A stretch of 51,811 nucleotides of DNA from Eledone cirrhosa (taxonomy: Eukaryota). The notes beneath the pieces were generated by a model, which ran no database searches, was not told the origin of the DNA, and was given only the letters and a program-made list of their open reading frames with translations. The stretch covers positions 1-51,811 of the forward strand of contig CAXHJY010000299.1 of NCBI GenBank assembly GCA_964016885.1. The letters run 5' to 3'. The translations under genes and the position numbers were made by a program. Shown here in pieces: positions 46,712-51,811 of the stretch (position 1 is its first letter; the number at the start of each line of letters is the position of its first letter).

Positions 46712-47225
46712 GAGAGACAGGATGAGAGAGAGAGCGTGACGACGAAGCAAGGATAGAGAGAGAGAGAGTGAGAGATGTCTAACTGTGTCACACCTATTAA
46801 CTTTATGGTCTCTTCAAAGGAGCAAAAACAAACAAACAACAACGGCAACAAAAATAGCAACCACAACCACAACAACAACATGGTCTCTTAAACAACAACA
46901 GCAACAACTGCAGCAACTAGAACATGGACAACAACAACAACAACGACATGTTCTCTTAAACAACAACAACAACAATTACAACAACAAAAATAGCAACCAC
47001 ATCAACAGCAACAACAACAACAGCGACATCAATAAAAACAACATCAGCAACAAATATAGCAGCAACAGCAACAACAACAACAACAACAACAACAACATCA
47101 ACAACAGCAACAAAAGCAACAACAACAATATCAACAACAGCAACAACAGCAACGACAACAACGACAGCATACAACAGCAACAACAGCAACAAATATAGCA
47201 ATGACAACAACAAGAGCAACAAACA
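45330..47225. repeat. Successive GT, CA, GA and CAA simple-repeat tracts
   Basis: Direct reading. Confidence 0.93.
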
Positions 47226-47317
47226 TAAAAATATATCCAACTTTAAATAACTTCTAACTCCTGTTCACAGTTCGTTGATTTTAGTTTTAAAAAATAAGAA
47301 AAAAACAACAACTTAAT

Positions 47318-47455
47318 AATAATGGTTTCTGGTTTAGGCACAAGGCCAACCGTTTTGGGGGAGGGGAAAGTCGATTAAAACGACCGCAAGGCATTACTGG
47401 TACTTTATTTTAAGAATGAATGACAAAGCTAACTTTGGTGGAATTTGAAATCAGG
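47318..47455 (-). mobile_element. Diverged SINE related to family A
   Basis: GGCACAAGGCCA, ACTGGTACTTTATTTTA, GGAATTTGAA. Confidence 0.7.
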
Positions 47456-48300
47456 CGAAAGACATTGGGAGAAAATTTGGCAAAAATGTCGACCAGCAAA
47501 TAATTGAGACCCCTGCATTATCTTACCTCACACACAAAAAAGAAAAACTCTTAATAAATTGGACATTGGCCAACAGCCAGAGAGAATACCCATTTTGCAG
47601 AATACCATATTGAAGCTGTTCTGAATTTCGGACCTGTGAGGGGAAGATTTTGTCAAGAATTTAAAATAGAAGGAAGCTTTGGGATATTGATAACAAAACT
47701 GGCAAAAATTGTAGCAACATTCTGCCAAAAGCTTTGGAGATGTAATGAATCTAGCATAAAATTCGGAAAATTGATGGCAAAAATCTGGCAAACGTGTTGA
47801 ATGTTTTATGAATTTAATATCAAATTTTGAAAAATAATGGCAAAAATCTCGCAAAATTCTGACAAACGTTTTGGACCTAGAATAAATCTAGTATTAATTC
47901 GGAAGATATTGATGAGAAAAAAGTGTTAAGTTTCTGGCAAAATATTGGATATATGAGATGAACATTGGAGTATAAACAAACAGGTGGCAAATATTCAGAT
48001 ATTGAAAAAAGTTGAAATGAATTTGGAGAAACGAAAAAATGATATATATATATATATTTACATATATTAATAACTGAGAAGAATTGAATATATATCGATA
48101 AAGCTGGTATGAATGTTAAGACATTGGTAGAAGGTTGGTAAAGATTTTGTACATCAAATGCAATCAGAATTGCAACAATTTCATTCAAACAAAGAAATTC
48201 TGCAAAAATGATCTTGGAGAAGGACAAGGATATACACTGTATGAATAAAAAGGTATTACATTTTAAATACTTATAAACACACACACATATACAAACGCAT

Positions 48301-48335
<35 letters not shown>

Positions 48336-48337
<2 letters not shown>

Positions 48338-48535
48338 GGAAAATGTATAACCCCAGCGGCAGAACTCAAGCCGTTTCGACGGCTATTTCTAGACGCCTAG
48401 TCTAGAAATAGCCGTCGAAACGGCTTGAGCTCTGCTGTCGGGGTTATACTTTTTCCTATTACCCACTCTATTACCCTAAGTATCGAGTACTCTGGTGCGT
48501 TATGGTCCAACTGGTTCCTTACCACACTTCTTTCG

Positions 48536-48537
<2 letters not shown>
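48336..48537 (+). mobile_element. Palindrome-plus-tail element (15249 family)
   Basis: Arms 48336-48459, loop GCCTA. Confidence 0.85.
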
Positions 48538-48566
<29 letters not shown>

Positions 48567-48569
<3 letters not shown>

Positions 48570-48821
48570 AGCGAATTTCCGATCGTTAAGGTTGATTTCC
48601 ATGGGTATGTCCTTATTTATAAATCAAAATTTGTATGTTATCTGATGAAAGCGCACCAAGATTGGGTTGGTCGCCCTTGAAATATATATAATAAAATAAA
48701 TATGGTTTTATAAATATAGTTTCTATTTATTAATATCTTGTAATACTTACTCCGGTAAATTGTTGAGTGCTCTATATCAGTTATAAACATATATGTTTGT
48801 CGAATTCCAACAAATTAAATA

Positions 48822-48886
<65 letters not shown>

Positions 48887-48940
48887 AAGGGTCGTCAAGT
48901 ATGAAATTTGTTGAAAAAAAACGGATCTCTACAAATTTTA

Positions 48941-48979
<39 letters not shown>

Positions 48980-49175
48980 AAAGTTCTATTTAAATTGTTG
49001 GGATACAACAAGCAAATATTTTTATAACTGATATAAAGCACTCAACAAATAATTGGAGTAAAAACGATATTGACTAATGGAAACTATATTTATAAAACCA
49101 TATTTATTTCATTATGCATATTTCAAGGACACCAAGTTAAATTATGGTGTGCTTTCATCAGATAAAATATAATAT
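48567..49175. mobile_element. Tail-to-tail pair of hammerhead elements (ribozymes 48638-48694 plus, 49105-49169 minus)
   Basis: TTAT-CTGATGA-AAGC..CTT-GAAA-TAT...TA-AT in both orientations; family of 26003. Confidence 0.8.
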
Positions 49176-49197
49176 AGAGCAGTTTTATCCAGGGGAA

Positions 49198-49775
49198 GTT
49201 GTCCAGGGGAAGCCCATCAATAGCTGGGGGTAGTGAAGTCAGAAACCACTCAAACGATTTTACAAAGTTCATAAGAGATGTTCATCTGTTGATAAGAGGT
49301 CGGGGAATATTGTTTCTAAAGTCTAACGTCTGTCTTAAGCCAGAAGTCTCGTTACGTTGCTGCTTATCCTGGTTTAATGGCGTGAAGCAAGCGAGAGTTC
49401 AATACTCCCCTTGGACAGGACGCCAGTCCACCGCCGGATTAAAGTCTGTCTTAAGTCAGAAAGCTCATTAGGTCAGTGATTATCCCAGTTTCATGGCGTG
49501 AAGCGCCTGAGAGTACAAGACTTCCCCCTGGACAGGATACCAGTCCATCGCAGGGTTAAACCCCCAGCTATTGATGGGCTTCCCCTGGACAACACGCCAG
49601 TCCATCGCCGAGTTAACCCCCAGCTATTGCTGGTACTCATCTTTAGCTAAGTATACTGGAGCAGCGTGAAATGAAGTGTTTTGCTCAAGAACACAACACG
49701 CAACCCAGCCCAGGAATCGAACCCACGACATTATGATCGTAAGTCCCACACCCTGGCCACTAGGCCCTGCATCTC
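49198..49775 (-). mobile_element. tRNA-derived SINE with duplicated tail segments and a 34-bp inverted repeat
   Basis: Minus GGTTCGATTCC then GTTCTTGAGCAAAACACTT; 49198-49231 inverted at 49560-49593. Confidence 0.75.
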
Positions 49776-50119
49776 TACAAATATTGTGAGTGAAGTATAA
49801 TTTACTAGCCATATCTTGATAGGAATTCTTTGCAGTTTGGTGCAGTGTGAAGTCTAGCGTTTCTTTATAAAGGTTGACTTCTTTTCTGTTAGTTAATGAG
49901 GGGTGATTTAGCTGTCAAGCTGTTTTCACAAGTCTCAGCTGTTGGAAATAGACTTCGGCTGCTATAGTTCAATTATCATCTAACAGTTTTATATATTACT
50001 TATTTATCTTTATATACTGACCAAAAGCGCTACCCAAAATTTCAAGGACAAAATTTGACCATTCTTCCAGAAAACAAGAGGCAACAAAATAACAAACTAT
50101 CTTCTGGCGCTAATGCGAG

Positions 50120-51811
<1,692 letters not shown>

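Noticed and set aside
44595-47240. ELVCGSWCAGVGVR, ER-rich and Q/N-rich ORFs
   Set aside because: Translations of the 14-bp, GA and CAA repeats

Overview
Eukaryotic, AT-rich, repeat-dominated DNA with no recognisable host gene; the SINE families and extreme microsatellite load suggest a cephalopod such as Octopus (inference). Most ORFs in the track are translations of (TA)n, (CA)n, (GA)n or (CAA)n arrays. Real coding remnants come from retroelements: a Penelope-like element (PLE; RT plus GIY-YIG, one frameshift, 6025-7558), two further PLE endonuclease fragments, and RTE, CR1-like and CRE-like LINE pieces. There are about 16 tRNA-derived SINE copies and a TTAA piggyBac-type MITE. The striking feature is the non-coding DNA between the (TA)n tracts, which holds a dozen or more families of short PLE-terminus-like elements carrying type I hammerhead ribozymes (about 16 with intact core and stem I by eye, plus variant and decayed copies). 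Many are palindromes or 5'-inverted copies whose axes fall about 30 nt downstream of a TATA box or inside the ribozyme. Two families use a compensated U3-A8 core, and one ~544-bp unit looks like a retrozyme. All structures were read by eye; none was folded or searched computationally.
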